A stretch of 64,000 nucleotides of DNA from Podarcis erhardii (Eukaryota), in the NCBI GenBank assembly GCA_964252035.1, contig OZ176200.1; one strand, 5' to 3'. Both the position numbers and the translations under genes were made by a program. The notes under the pieces were generated by a model, which saw only the letters and a list, made by a program, of their open reading frames with translations, had not been told where the DNA came from and ran no database searches. The stretch's first letter is position 1. Each line of letters opens with the position of its first letter. Below are positions 12,025-24,414 of the stretch, piece after piece.

Positions 12025-12237
12025 TTACAGATAGGTAGCCGTGTTGGTCTGCCATAGTCAAAACAAAATAAAAAAATTCCTTCCAGTAGCACCTTAAAGA
12101 CCAACTAAGTCAGTTCTAGGTATGAGCTTTCGTGTGCATGGTATCTGAAGAAGTGTGCATGCACACGAAAGCTCATACCTAGAACTGACTTAGTGGGTCT
12201 TTAAGGTGCTACTGGAAGGAATTTTTTTATTTTGTTT
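12025..12237. mobile_element. Penelope-like element pseudo-LTR fragment in inverted (head-to-head) arrangement
   Basis: Perfect 14-bp TSD AAATTAAGAGCCAT (12011-12024, 12238-12251); ~80-bp inverted arms with 1 mismatch; carries a hammerhead core typical of Penelope-like elements. Confidence 0.85.
12140..12179 (+). ncRNA. Minimal type I hammerhead ribozyme
   Basis: GGTAT-CTGAAGA-A-GTGTG(CATG)CACAC-GAAA-GCTC^ATACC: stem I GGTAT/ATACC, intact CUGANGA and GAAA core, stem II, palindromic loopless stem III (AGCT), CUC cleavage triplet. Confidence 0.85.
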
Positions 12238-14569
12238 AAATTAAGAGCCATGCAGCTGTGGACTACTCTGGTCTAATTCAAATGCATGGAAAGTGGATTA
12301 ACAGTTAATAATACTAAAATGTGGACAAGCCCTTAGACATGCTTAGAATAAACACATTTTTAGGGGAAAGACTAACTTTGATTGTAATTGTTTTTCATGA
12401 ATTTTCATGGCTTGATATAGATCCAAACACCAATTCTATGCTTGGTATCTTTTCTTTTTACTAATCCCCTTGGCATAATTTTCCAGGTGATTTGCCATGA
12501 ACCAGAGCTAAAGATCCAACACACAAGTTCTTCTTCCTGTGCATAAGTGTTTTCCCCAATAGTTGTAGACAAGGACACAGTATAACACCATCGAACCTAT
12601 ACCATTATTGGCTCACTTTTGTTAACTTGAACTAACTTGAGTTTGCTTGAAATTTATTTCCTGAAATTTACAGTTTAGGTTCTCAGTCAGAAGCCACATT
12701 CAGATGAACCATGATTTGGAAGACTGGGAATGAATCTTGTGTTTCACATTGCCACTTCTCCTGTTCCTTCACATGTGTAGCTGAATTCAGTGTTTCCTAT
12801 TTTGAGCACCAGATGGGGCAAATTATGGCTTGATGGATCAATGCTCTCAGGCAAGCAGACAGCTCTCTTTGTTAAACTGTTAGGATTTCTGGGCCACCTG
12901 ATTCTTTGCTTCCTCACCAGTTGCTGTGTTCGTTATATCAAACTAATCATTAGTTCAGTGTCTTCTAACACGTCCCTTGAAGAGCCACAGACCACACTGT
13001 TACGCTACCAGCGATCTTAATGGCATTGAAATCCATTTTAAGGTTTTCTTTGCTCTGAGGGAGGGAAGTTCCTTGCTGGCACTCTTGTCTGGCTGCTTAG
13101 TGGAGAACAGAAGATGAAGACTCTAAGAATTAGAGACTTCAGCCTTTAGCCTTCCACAAGGCTCATATTTCATTGCAACAAAATGGATTTCATGTAACCT
13201 TAGTTGTGTAAATCCACAGCTTTGTGGTGAGCCTGATATCTCCCCAAAGGGCCTGGAATGTGGTGGCAGCTGTTTTGCTGCTATCCTCTATGTCTTTAAT
13301 AGATCCCACAGTTTTCTCTATTATACCTCCCATGTATTTGATAGCTGCCATCTGCTCAGTTTCTTATCTGGAACTGACTAATACTGAACCAGGGAGCTCA
13401 GTGGTTGAGGCTGTTTAATGTTGGCGACCTTGTCAATAATCAGACCAGTATTTGTTCGTACTTAGCCCGCCAGAGTCATCAGCAGTTGTACTCATTTCAA
13501 ATATTAGCCAACGGAACAATGCCTTCAGAGTATTTGAGGCCTGACAGCAATATTGTACTCATTCAGCATAATAATTTGTCACGATACTTGCCCATCATTC
13601 AATAAATACAAATTCAGGGCACAGAAGTATCTATTCCAAATACCCTTAAAAACTCCATACAACAGTTGCCATTTTTTTTTTCAACTAAAGGAAGCCACAG
13701 CCTCTTTTTTATATTAAACAATATGGATCAAGAGGGAAATATAAATATATAAATAAGAAGCACATACACACATAGAGAGAGAGAGAGAAATAATAATTAT
13801 GCTGACTAACAAAACTATATTAGATGTTTTCAGGACCCACCCTATTCCTGTGATTGTAATCTGTTTTAACTGTTTTTAATTCTGAATTTGTTGTAAGCTT
13901 CTCTGGGACCTGCTGGTGAAGAGCATAAATTGATAATAATAGAACTCCTTCTCTTGGACACAATAAAAAACCCAGCCTGGATAATAAGAAACATGCATAC
14001 TGGGCTTTGAGTAGAAAAATGTAGCATGGGACAGAGGGGTATCAAAGGAGAGAAAACGTGTAGGAGGAATAAAAAAGAACATCTGAAGTATTTGTGGATA
14101 AAATGTATTATAAAATCTACCATAGTGAGATCAAAATTTTCAAAAGTAGAGGCTCCGTGCCTTTGCTAATAAAAAAATAGGGGTTCCATAGTACAGTATT
14201 TAGCTAACTGGGAACCACTGCCATAAACAGTTTAGGATCCCCCCCCCCAAAAAAAAATGCTTCAAGATTGGCAAAAGAAGCTCTTAATTATGTGCTATTC
14301 ATATGAGAGCTCCGTTCAGTACAGCATACAGCATTCTCTGTAGTGGTATCCAGTTTGTGGAATGACCTCTCCTCCTAAGTTTAACAGAAACCAATATTTA
14401 TGATTGGGGAAGAAATTTGATTCATATTTAAAGGTGAGCCTAGTTAATTCACACTTTCTGAACCAATATGTGAACAGATATCCTTTGAAATTTGCACTTC
14501 TCTGATTTTTGCAATACAATTACCTAGTCAAGTAATGTGTTCATAAATTCATATATTATGCTAAAGTAT

Positions 14570-14800
14570 AATATATATGCATATAATGCATGTTTTAATG
14601 AAAATAGCATTATTTTAGGGGAAATTGATTTGCAAAAAAAAAAAAAAAAAAGCTTTGCAAAAAAATGTGTGTGCCATACTAGGCAAAATTGCATTCAAAG
14701 ATATGTATATTAGAATAATTTCACCCTAAAATGCTCCTGAATTTTCATTAGGGCTTCTTTTTTTAAAATGTGGAAATGTGGAGAACTGAACTTAAGACTG
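14570..14800. repeat. AT-rich interspersed repeat, unclassified
   Basis: Shared motifs (GGCAAAATTGCA, TGTATATTAG, TGTGGAGAACTGAA) recur at ~12330-12410, 17420-17670, 45960-46370 and inverted at 47740-47930. Confidence 0.55.
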
Positions 14801-15616
14801 ATTTCTCTCAATTTCTATCAACAGACAGATCCATCCATCCCTATCAACACTGCTATCATTTCACCACCAAGTTAAGACACATTTGTTTGCTTAGGCATTT
14901 TAATTGTCTATAGTGTCTTTATGTGGAGGCTGTTTTTAGCTGCAGCTTGTTTTTAGCTGCCTCTCTTTGGATTTTTAATGAATTTGTTGTTTGTTCCATT
15001 GATTTGGTTATCACTTGTTTTATGTTGTTGTAACCCCCCCCCCCACCGTCAACACCTATGAAGGGCGGGCAATAAATTATTTCTTAAAAAGAATAATAAA
15101 TTGTGCAGATCAGCCGATTGTGCTTCTATGGCAACTCTCCAGACAAAGAAATAAAATGGAAGTATTCTGGTTACCAGTTCCTCTTGTTAACCTTGCTTGT
15201 GTGGAGTATAATAAGGATCAAAGGGGTGATAGGTAATGAGGGAAGACATTTATTTTTATATTCCAAAGCCCCTTTATTTTTCTATTTTGTGCTCTTTCTC
15301 GCATCTGTTATTTGAAGTGAGGACAATGAAAGATGAAAAGTCAAAAACAGGGAAAACCGCTGAGGTCAAGAAGGAGATTGGCTGTAGCCACCCAAACTTG
15401 CAAAACAGCATCAAGCACTTATTTTTTCTGGTCCATCAAGTTGTCTTGGAGGAGCTGTTGAGGCTTTCTCTTCAAGCTTCTTTTCCATTTCTTCTTTCAT
15501 GGCAAGAACGCAACTACTGCCCAAAATTTGTTTGATGGCCAGAAGTGCTGCTGTGTCTCTGACTTCCTTCCCTTAATTATACAGCAAAGAAATTGCTCTA
15601 AAATGAACTCAGATCA

Positions 15617-16184
15617 CAGTCATGACATTATGTTTGCTGACTGGGAACAGTTATGGACCACTGGTGTTAAGTTTACGGCATGTAATGCCTTAAAAGAAAA
15701 TATAATGAAAATGATCTACAGGTGGTACATGACCCCAGTCAAGCTTGCAAAAATTTACCATTTGCCCAATAATAAATGTTGGAAATGTAATGAGAATGAA
15801 GGTACCTTTTATCACCTATGGTGGACCTGCCCGAGGGTGAAAGCATTCTGGGAAATGATCTATAATGAAATTAAGAAAGTCCTTAAATGGACATTTACTA
15901 AGAAACCAGAGGCTTTTCTCCTGGGCATGGTTGGCCAATTGGTGCCAAAGAAGGATAGGACTTTCTTTATGTATGCTACTACTGCAGCAAGAATTCTTCT
16001 GGCAAAGTATTGGAAGATGCAAGAACTACCTACTCTTGAAGAATGGCAGACAAAGGTGATTGACTTCATGGGACTGGCAGAGATGACCAGCAGAATTCGT
16101 GACCAGGGGAAAGAGGCAGTGGAAGAAGACTGGAAGAAATTTAAAATATATCTTAAAAACTGTTGTAAAATTGAGGAGTGTTAA
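15617..16184 (+). pseudogene. L1 ORF2 C-terminal fragment with CCHC zinc knuckle
   Basis: No stops to 16184; CWKC-x8-HLWWTC motif; KKPEAFLLG and AARILLAKYWK shared with the 9840-10507 element. The listed ORF start at 15528 lies in flanking DNA. Confidence 0.9.
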
Positions 16185-16472
16185 GATGTCAAGGGGTAAG
16201 AAGCAGAGAACTGCAGCTGTAAATAACAAATTTGTGGGAATTTAATGAAGGGAACTAAATGGATAAATTGACTAAAGGGTTGCTAAAAAAATTTAAAATA
16301 AGGATGCAGCGAAAGGGAGGTAAGGGGAAGTCGATTGAAAGAAGTTACAAGAAAATAAGATTATGAATTTATTTATGTTTGATTTGTTTATGTTTGTTTG
16401 TATTTTGTGATGTGTTTGTTTTTTAATTATGTGTTTCAAAAATTGAATAAAAATTATTATAAAATAAATAAA
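15617..16472 (+). mobile_element. L1-clade LINE, 5'-truncated, young
   Basis: Perfect 18-bp TSD TAAAATGAACTCAGATCA (15599-15616, 16473-16490); intact ORF2 C-terminus; T/G-rich 3' UTR; AATAAA and (AAAT)n tail. Confidence 0.95.
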
Positions 16473-18189
16473 TAAAATGAACTCAGATCAGATCAAAATA
16501 ACAGCTGGGGAGGATAGACACAGAAGAAAACACTTGATCTTCTCTCAGTGTTGCAAATGCAGATAGTGTCCTCCTAGTGATTCTGAAAATGAACGCAGTA
16601 AAGACTCTCAACAGGCTGGCCACTTTTAAGAATTCCATTAAATGGGAATTATTCTTCCATTGGATCTCACATTATACAAAGCACCGTGCCACTGTTTAAT
16701 CAAACTCAATGCATGGTGTGTGTGTGGGGGGGAATCTCTTTCCTTAGTCTCTTTTCCATGACTTCAGAGATGCCCATACCGTTTTAATTACAGGTTGAAA
16801 GAGATTGCCTGGATAAAGATCAAAATCTTCACACCAAATATTAGCAGTAAACTTGATTGATTGAGTACGAAGGTCCTCCAGACCCATGAAGAGTGAAGGT
16901 GCTATTGACAGAGGTGCATTATAAGCATTCTAAAGTTTGTGTTGGCATGCATTTGTAAGAGTTGGCTTTCCCAGTGTAGAATTAGCTGGTTTATAGAACT
17001 TCAGCTCCTTCCTCTCCCAAATTGGGGTCATGGTAATCTTGGCTGGATGATGTTCAAAAATGGATTGTTCTTAGGTCACAGTTTACTCCAAGATAGCTAT
17101 GTTTTGGTCTGCTGTAGAAATGAAAGCAAAGGGGGAAAACCTATTTTCTAAAACACTGTTGGATATGTTCTTCACATGACGGCCCTATACGATTGCCAAC
17201 AATGTAAAATAAGTTCAACTGAAAAGCATTTTGTTTGGGGAAATATGAAGATACATGGAAGTTCTGTCAATGGTGAGGGAGGAGAAATTTGGTTCAATTC
17301 CTGTTTTGATGTGAACCTACCTATCTAATTTGCACTTCTAGAAGCAACTTGCCAACCAAAAGCACAGCTAACCTTTCAAATTCATACTTCTCTTAATTTT
17401 GTGATCCAGCTCCTCAACTCCCCAAAATGTGTGTATTAGGAGAAAGTTGGCATGAAAATGCTTAGTGAACAAAACATTAAAATGGACTGTGTGAAGGAAA
17501 ACTGCTTGCAAAAATATGCATGATAGGCAAAATGTTGTTTTTTAAAAAATGTGTGTACTAAGAGAAATGAACTTACACAAATGTGCAGTAAAATAGTGAT
17601 GAATTTTCGACAGCAGTTTTTTTAATGCGAATTCATATGAAAATATTGCAAATTTAATTCAAGATTAGAAGAACAGGCAACAAGAGAACCCAAAAGTAAC
17701 AGATGCATTCAATCTTATGCTGGTGCATCTGTGATGGCCAGGCTCAAGCATATATTGATATTGCCATCAACCAGTGAGGAACATATTTGCAGCTCTCTCC
17801 AATAGCTTGAAAAGTGGAGGGGATGGGAACCTCTAGGGCCAGGACTTACATTGACCTCTTATCTAACAGATGGCAGAGGTTCTCTGTCCAACAACCCTCT
17901 GAAACTCATATTTCACTCATCCGCTATTTCTACCTTTGGTGCTCTGGTCCCTGGCAATAATATTATAGGAACAAACATTATGCTCCTCTGGTGTAATTCA
18001 TCCAGCTCTACAAGAAGCATGTGAATAAGATCAGGCAGCTGCCCCACAAGTAGTTGAATAAGGTCAGGCAGGTTAAATTTTCTCAGCTCTAACTCTCAAC
18101 TGGGAAGTACTGGTGTTCCATGCTGGAAGGTAATGCTGCTGAAGCAAAAAGATAGACTTTTCATTACTACCTGTAAAATTAATCATAAA

Positions 18190-18410
18190 ACTGTAGAGTT
18201 GGAAGGGAACCCAATGCAGGAATCTCAGCTAAAGCATCCATGACAGGTAGCCATCCAACCTCTGCTTAAAAACCTCCAAGGAAGGAGAGTCCACAACCTC
18301 CTGAGGGAGTCTGTTCCAGTGTTGAACAGCTCATACTGTCAGAAAGTTTTTCCTGATGTTTTGTCAGTTTCTCCTTTCTTGTAACTTGAAGCCATTGGTT
18401 TGTGTCCTGT
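18190..18410 (-). mobile_element. CR1 LINE 3' end
   Basis: TAGAGTTGGAAGGG..CAACCTCTGCTTAAAAACCTCCAAGGAAGGAGAGTCCAC pattern, same as 45604-45755. Confidence 0.8.
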
Positions 18411-19479
18411 CTTGATAGAGAGGGATGCAAACATATAGGTCTCTGGGGGGATGGCATAAGGTAGAGGGCCTTTCTGATGTTTCCACATCCCCCATATTCC
18501 TACGGACATACCCTTCAGTTGTGTGGCTTTGATGTCTGCACTCAGAGTTGAGAAACAGATGCATATATTTGTTCATTCTTGATGTGTATTTATACTATAA
18601 CCAAATGAGGGTGCACTAAAAGATGAGGAAAGACTTTTAACATCCAAAGACATATAGACAGGTCTTTTTAAAAAACCAAAAAAAACACTGCAGTTAAAAT
18701 AACGAAATTCAGTGAAAAAGAGAGCAGGGCTACAAATCTGTCTGGAGGAAACAAATAAAAAACTAAGCAAATGAAATTTAAGACAGCACCCCCCCACACA
18801 ACTTGCTACCAGAACCAAATTAGGCCATCTCTCTCTCTCTCTCCCCCTCTCTCTCTCTCTCTCTCTCTGCATTTATCTACAAATTTATTCCCCCTTTTAA
18901 GCCTGAATTAATTGGGCGGTCATTCCTTTTAACAAGAGCTATAATTTTCAACATTAGGGTCCAGCTTGCCTCTGTTTTTCTAGAGCTGAGATCATCCTAC
19001 AGTACATACATTGCAGTATGAGTCTTGGCAGAGCCAAGCACGGACAGCATAAAAACGCTTATCCTTTATTTTCATTTCACCCCAATTTTGTAAAAAAAAA
19101 TGTGAGCTTTCACAGAATTTATATTCCAGATGCAACTTGAAAGCCCATCTGGATTAACTTGGCAGCCATAATAAGACAAATTGGGCTAAGTCCACCCAAA
19201 GTAATGCACAGCAACAGTGTTATCCTAATTCTGCAATTGAAAAATAACCGCAGAAGCATCAGAATTAATCCTAATGCTTATAATGAACCAATCAGTTCAT
19301 TTAGCTTAAGGCACCCTTGCTGAATAGCATTTTGCTAAGATGAAGGTATTTAAGAAATTGGCATTTTTTGTATCTTGCATTGTTAGTGTTTAAAAAAACT
19401 CTCTTTTAACAATAATTAATAATTTTAAGGGTCTTTGGGCTTGGTCAAAGAGCTACAAATCCATCTAACAGCTATTCCT

Positions 19480-20540
19480 GCTATTCTCTGCAGGAACACC
19501 ATGGGGCACAATCAAAAGCCTTACTGAAATCAAGATGCACTATGTCCACAGCATTCCCCTTATCAACCAAGCTTGTAATTCTATCAAAAAAGAAGAAGAA
19601 AGATTTGTCTGGCATGACTTGTTTTGGAGAGAACCATGCTGGGTCTTAGTAATCACAGCATTCTTTCTAAGCGTCAGTCATTGGATCTACTTCACCCCCT
19701 TTTAGAAAATGAACAAACTAGGTCTTTCCTTACCACCTCTTTTCCTGTCTTGGGCTGCATCTCCCTCCTTGCATCATTTACGGTATTCTATTATCACCAG
19801 TTTGGGTAGTGCTTTCCTTTTGGTGGACAGAGCCAAAGTAGGTGTTGCGTAGTTCTACCTTCTCTCTGTCACCCAATAGCATTTGTCTGTTTTTTCCACC
19901 CAGAAGACCTACTGCTTGCTGGTTCTTCCTCTTGCTTGGAACATAGCCGAAGAAACCTCTGTTATTATTTTTAACCTCTCTTGCAAGCCTGAGCTCATTC
20001 TGAGCTTCAGCTTGACTGATCTCCCTGTAGCAGTTGGCTACTCGTTTATATTACTCTTTTATAATTTCTCATTTCTTCCATTTCTTACACATACCATTAA
20101 ATCTCAGCTCATCTGTAAGCTCCTTGTGTAGCTCTACCAGGTTCTTTAGATGCTGCCTGTTTTTATTTCTTGTTGGAATTGTCTGCATTTGTGCCTTTAT
20201 TTTGCCTTTCAGAAACTCCCATCCACCTCAGACTCTCTTAGAGTATTTCTGACCATGAGATCTCACCCAGTAGCTCCTTAAGCTTTTCAAATTTGGCCTC
20301 CGTAAAATCCAGAGTGTCTGTCTCCGCTTTCCCTTGCCTCTGTATCATGGAACCCAGGAGGATATGATCGCTTCCTCCCAAGTTTCTGAGGACTTCCACT
20401 TTGTTGATCAGTTCCTCTCTGTTGGTGAGGACCAGGTCCAAGATAGATGATCTCCTTGTTTCTTTTTTCACCTCTGGCAAATGAAATTGTCAGCGAGGAA
20501 ATGGAGGAATTTGTTACCCATTACATTCTTGGCAGAGTTT
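19480..20540 (-). mobile_element. CR1 LINE internal fragment (endonuclease C-terminus to RT start), degraded
   Basis: ILDLVLTNREELINKVEV..LGGSDH endonuclease motif at 20238-20480; KSCQTNL..DIVHLDFSKAF RT motif at ~19505-19630. Confidence 0.88.
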
Positions 20541-21804
20541 GAGTTTGAGTTTGATCTCATGGAGAAAGGAATACTGATAATTGGTTATTCCTTATGATAA
20601 AGAAGTGGGGATGGAGCTTCACATGACTGTATTCCATCTAGGCCCCTCATTCATAAAAGACGAGTATCGATCCTACACACTTAGGAGATGTAAAGGTCTG
20701 GTTGGGAGCTTGTACATTTAGTTTCCACAGTGTATAATTTTGATATTTATAGATTATATTTGAAATTATACCACAAGCTACGACAGTTCTTCTTCCAAGA
20801 AAGTTAATGAGACGACGAGTTACAACGTTGGTTTTATTCACTTGGAACAGTGGTCCTGAAAAATCATTGATGTTATAGCATTACATTAATTTTATTTCAA
20901 CTTGCTTTCTCCCTTGTGGGTGCTTTTCCACATCTCTTAGAATCGGCAAAGAATTAGCAGCATCAGGGCAAGCATTTTTCAACTGAATATATGAAAGGAA
21001 TTGAGATGTTCTAGCTATTTAAAAAATAGCCAAAAGTGTAAGATTTCTATCTCTTCCTCTGATCTGCAAAAGATGAAGAGAGGAGGGGAGAAAGCATGTG
21101 GATCTGATGTCCATGCAGACTTGTTGAAGTTGTGGGCAGCTTCACATCTGATACAACCTTATCACTGACATCAGCGAGTAAAGATCTATACAAAATGAGC
21201 CACCTTATATTGACTGAGTCAGGCCATTGCCTCATCCAGCCTAGTACTGTGAACTCTGATTTGGAGTGGGCCTGCTACATAAACCAAGATCCCTTGTACT
21301 GCATGCTATTCATGGTGGCTGTGCTCCACCTCTACTGTATGAGGAAAGGTATTTCTGAATATTAGTTACTGTGAATCACAAGTGAAGAAAACACGGTTTG
21401 AATCTGGTCCATCTTGTGGGCTTCCCATTGGCAAGTGATTGGTGACTATGAGAAAAAGATGCTGGATTACATAGGATTTGGGCCTGATCCAACAGAGCTC
21501 TTCCTTTGTTCTCAGCAGAAGACTTAGACTACATCTCAGTAAAACCCATATACATGCACATACTCACTTTCCTGGTGAGCTACAGCTCCCAGTGCCATAT
21601 CTGCGCATGCTAACATCTTACCGTTTGCAGCTGTCAAGTAGAGGACAAATTAAATTAATCTATATGGTGGGCATTACCATATTTTTGGTAGAAGATATTG
21701 ATAACATGACGGCGTCGATGGATTTAGCCATGTGAATCAAAGCCCAAGGAGGGCTAAAAAGCAGATACACTAACTAAACATATAGCTCCAGTGTGTACAA
21801 TGTG

Positions 21805-21851
21805 TTTGTGTGTGTGTGCGTGTGCGCGCGTGCGTGCGTGCGTGCATGCAC
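21805..21851. repeat. (GT)/(GC) alternating purine-pyrimidine repeat
   Basis: GTGTGTGTGCGTGTGCGCGCGTGCGTGCGTGCGTGCATGCAC. Confidence 0.85.
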
Positions 21852-24194
21852 TATTCTGAATGCTTTTTAATTATCAGATTAGTTTTGTCGGCTCAAGCAT
21901 GCAGCCATTTTTGACATAGCTGACGTCTCTGGGAATCACTTAAATCTAATTGTCTGTGCTTGAGGTAACTGGCGCCTGCCAACACACAGCATGAGGAAAG
22001 GCAATGACTTTCCCTCATTGTTTCCCAGGGATTGTCATCTTCCTGGAAGTGTGTGAGCTCATGGACTCCTCTAAAGAGACTTTCTTTTTTGAAGTGAAGC
22101 CATAGTTTAAGGACTCAACTGCTCTTTGTGGGGATCATTTGTATGTCGAGAGGCCTGGCTGTGGAGTTTTTGAAAAGGACGATATATATTTTCCTCCGAC
22201 ACAGCAATGACTTCAAAACAAAACAAAACATAATGAAGGCAGGAAGCTGCGGCAATCCCACAGGAGTGAAATCAACCAACTAATGTTTGAGGAAATGCTT
22301 TTTATCTTACTTCTTTAAATAAAGCTGCCATACATCCAGGTTTTCCCGGACATCCCTGGGAATTGGCATCCGGGGGTGGGTGGGGGGATTTGTCCTGGAT
22401 CTTAGGCAAGTCAACTGAAAAAAAGAAAAGTAAAAAGCTCAACAACTTCCAGAGTGTCCTGCTTTTAGCTGGTTGTTATTTTTCCACTTCATCTCAGCAT
22501 CCCAGACCATGTTCTGCCTTCATGGAACAGATGTAAATTCAAGCCAACAATTATGAAATATAAGTGGGGATTGTGTGAACTGATCCTTGTATAGCTGGGA
22601 ACAGTGTCCTGTCTGCTTCTTTAAAACACATACACACAGAGAGAGAGAGTTTTTAAATGTAATTATGAAGGCCGAAGTAAACATAAATAATACAGATTTG
22701 AAAGAGCCAATTTTAAATTGACTCTAGAATTGGAAAGGGCTTGTAACCCCCCTCAGCCAACCGCCTAGCACAAGGCAGGAAATCCAGAGTCAAGGCATCC
22801 CCAGAAGATAGTTTCTAATTTGGAATGAGGGAAAAATTCTATTTCCTTTGCATTTAAAGGAATCTGAAGTGCATTCACACTTTCTGAAACAATATAGGAA
22901 CCAAAACACTGCCATCCTTCAAAATTCACATTTCTAATGTATCTTGCAATACAGCTCTTCAGACAAGTAATGTGTACAATAATTCACTGTTGTTATTCAT
23001 TATGATGCTGATCATCATCATCATTCTCACCCCCCCTTCACTCTAAGGTCCCAATGTGGGTTACAATTTAAAATATTTAAAATACTAGGGTTAAGTGTGC
23101 ATCAGAACGTGTATATTCATAATATCAACATTAAAAATGCACAATATTTGGGGGAATTGTTTTTCAAAATTGTTTTATTATAGGCAAAGGGGTCTCCTGG
23201 AAAGAACTTGGAGAACATCTCTTGGTTTGAAGTCATAGATAAACATGATGCCTTATAAATATATGGTGGCAGCCATGTTTTTCTCTGAGAAATGTCTGTC
23301 ACATGAGGCAGCCTCAGTTTCCCAAGTGCACACTTACAGATGCACTTGCTAGCTGTCCCTTGTTCAGTTTTAGCCAGGTGGTCACCTCATTTGCTATTCT
23401 GGCTTCTGGGATAGCTGTGCAGCCTGCATTCACTCCATAAGACACACACACATTTCCCTTTACTTTTTAGGAGGGAAAAAGTGAATCTTATAGAGCAAAA
23501 AATACGGTATTTTTTTAGAAGACTGACATTGGCAACCCTGTTCTGCCTCATTCTGTACTCCGAAGTGACTTGATCTGCATTCTTTGTGGGGCCTAGAAAA
23601 TTGGTGTGGATTACCTCACAAAGCTGTGTTTATAAAATGCCAAGTGTTCCCAGAGGACAAGAACTGAAGGTGTGTGAACTGAGATGAGAAGGCCTTGTGG
23701 CCACTTGGAAATAAGATGGCAGACGACTGAAAGGGAGAAGGTTCTTTTTTCTCTAAGAGATTTAGCTTCATATTTGCAGCAGTGGTGGAGGAGATATCTG
23801 TGTCCAGGAATGTGATTATTTCAAGGGTAGCCATATGTCACTGTATTTGTTTCCTTACGAGGGTGTCATTGTTTAGCTACTTTATTAATTTCATTGCAGA
23901 TAGCTCCCGTAATCAGTCATGGTTTGAAGGAGTCTCCGGTTTCCAGCTTCACAGTGCAGCTCATATTCACTTCTTCATTTCTTGAAAAAAACTCTTTCCT
24001 AAGCAACATTGTAACTGAGCAGCCTAAACACAACTTTCATGAAGCAAATGGGGACATTTAAGTTTGATTTTTTAAAAAATAAAATAAATGGGCTCAGTTT
24101 TTCTATTTTTTTAAAAAAGTATTTGGTGTCTAGCTTCCTGTGTTTGTAAAGACTTCTTCCTTTTATGACCCACATACTGAAGCAAATACATACA

Positions 24195-24414
24195 CAGTGG
24201 TACCTCGGGTTACATATGCTTCAGGTTACAGACGCTTCAGGTTACAGACTCCGCTAACCCAGAAATAGTACCTCGGGTTAAGAACTTTGCTTCAGGATGA
24301 GAACAGAAATCATGCAGCGGCGGCAGCAGGAGGCCGCATTAGCTAAAGTGGTACCTCAGGTAAAGAACAGTTTCAAGTTAATAATGGTTAAGTTCTTAAC
24401 CCGAGGTACCACTG
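24195..24414. mobile_element. Tigger-like MITE, family A (opposite orientation to 8544)
   Basis: Same TIRs CAGTGGTACCTCGGGTTA; TA intact on the right, CA on the left. Confidence 0.9.
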
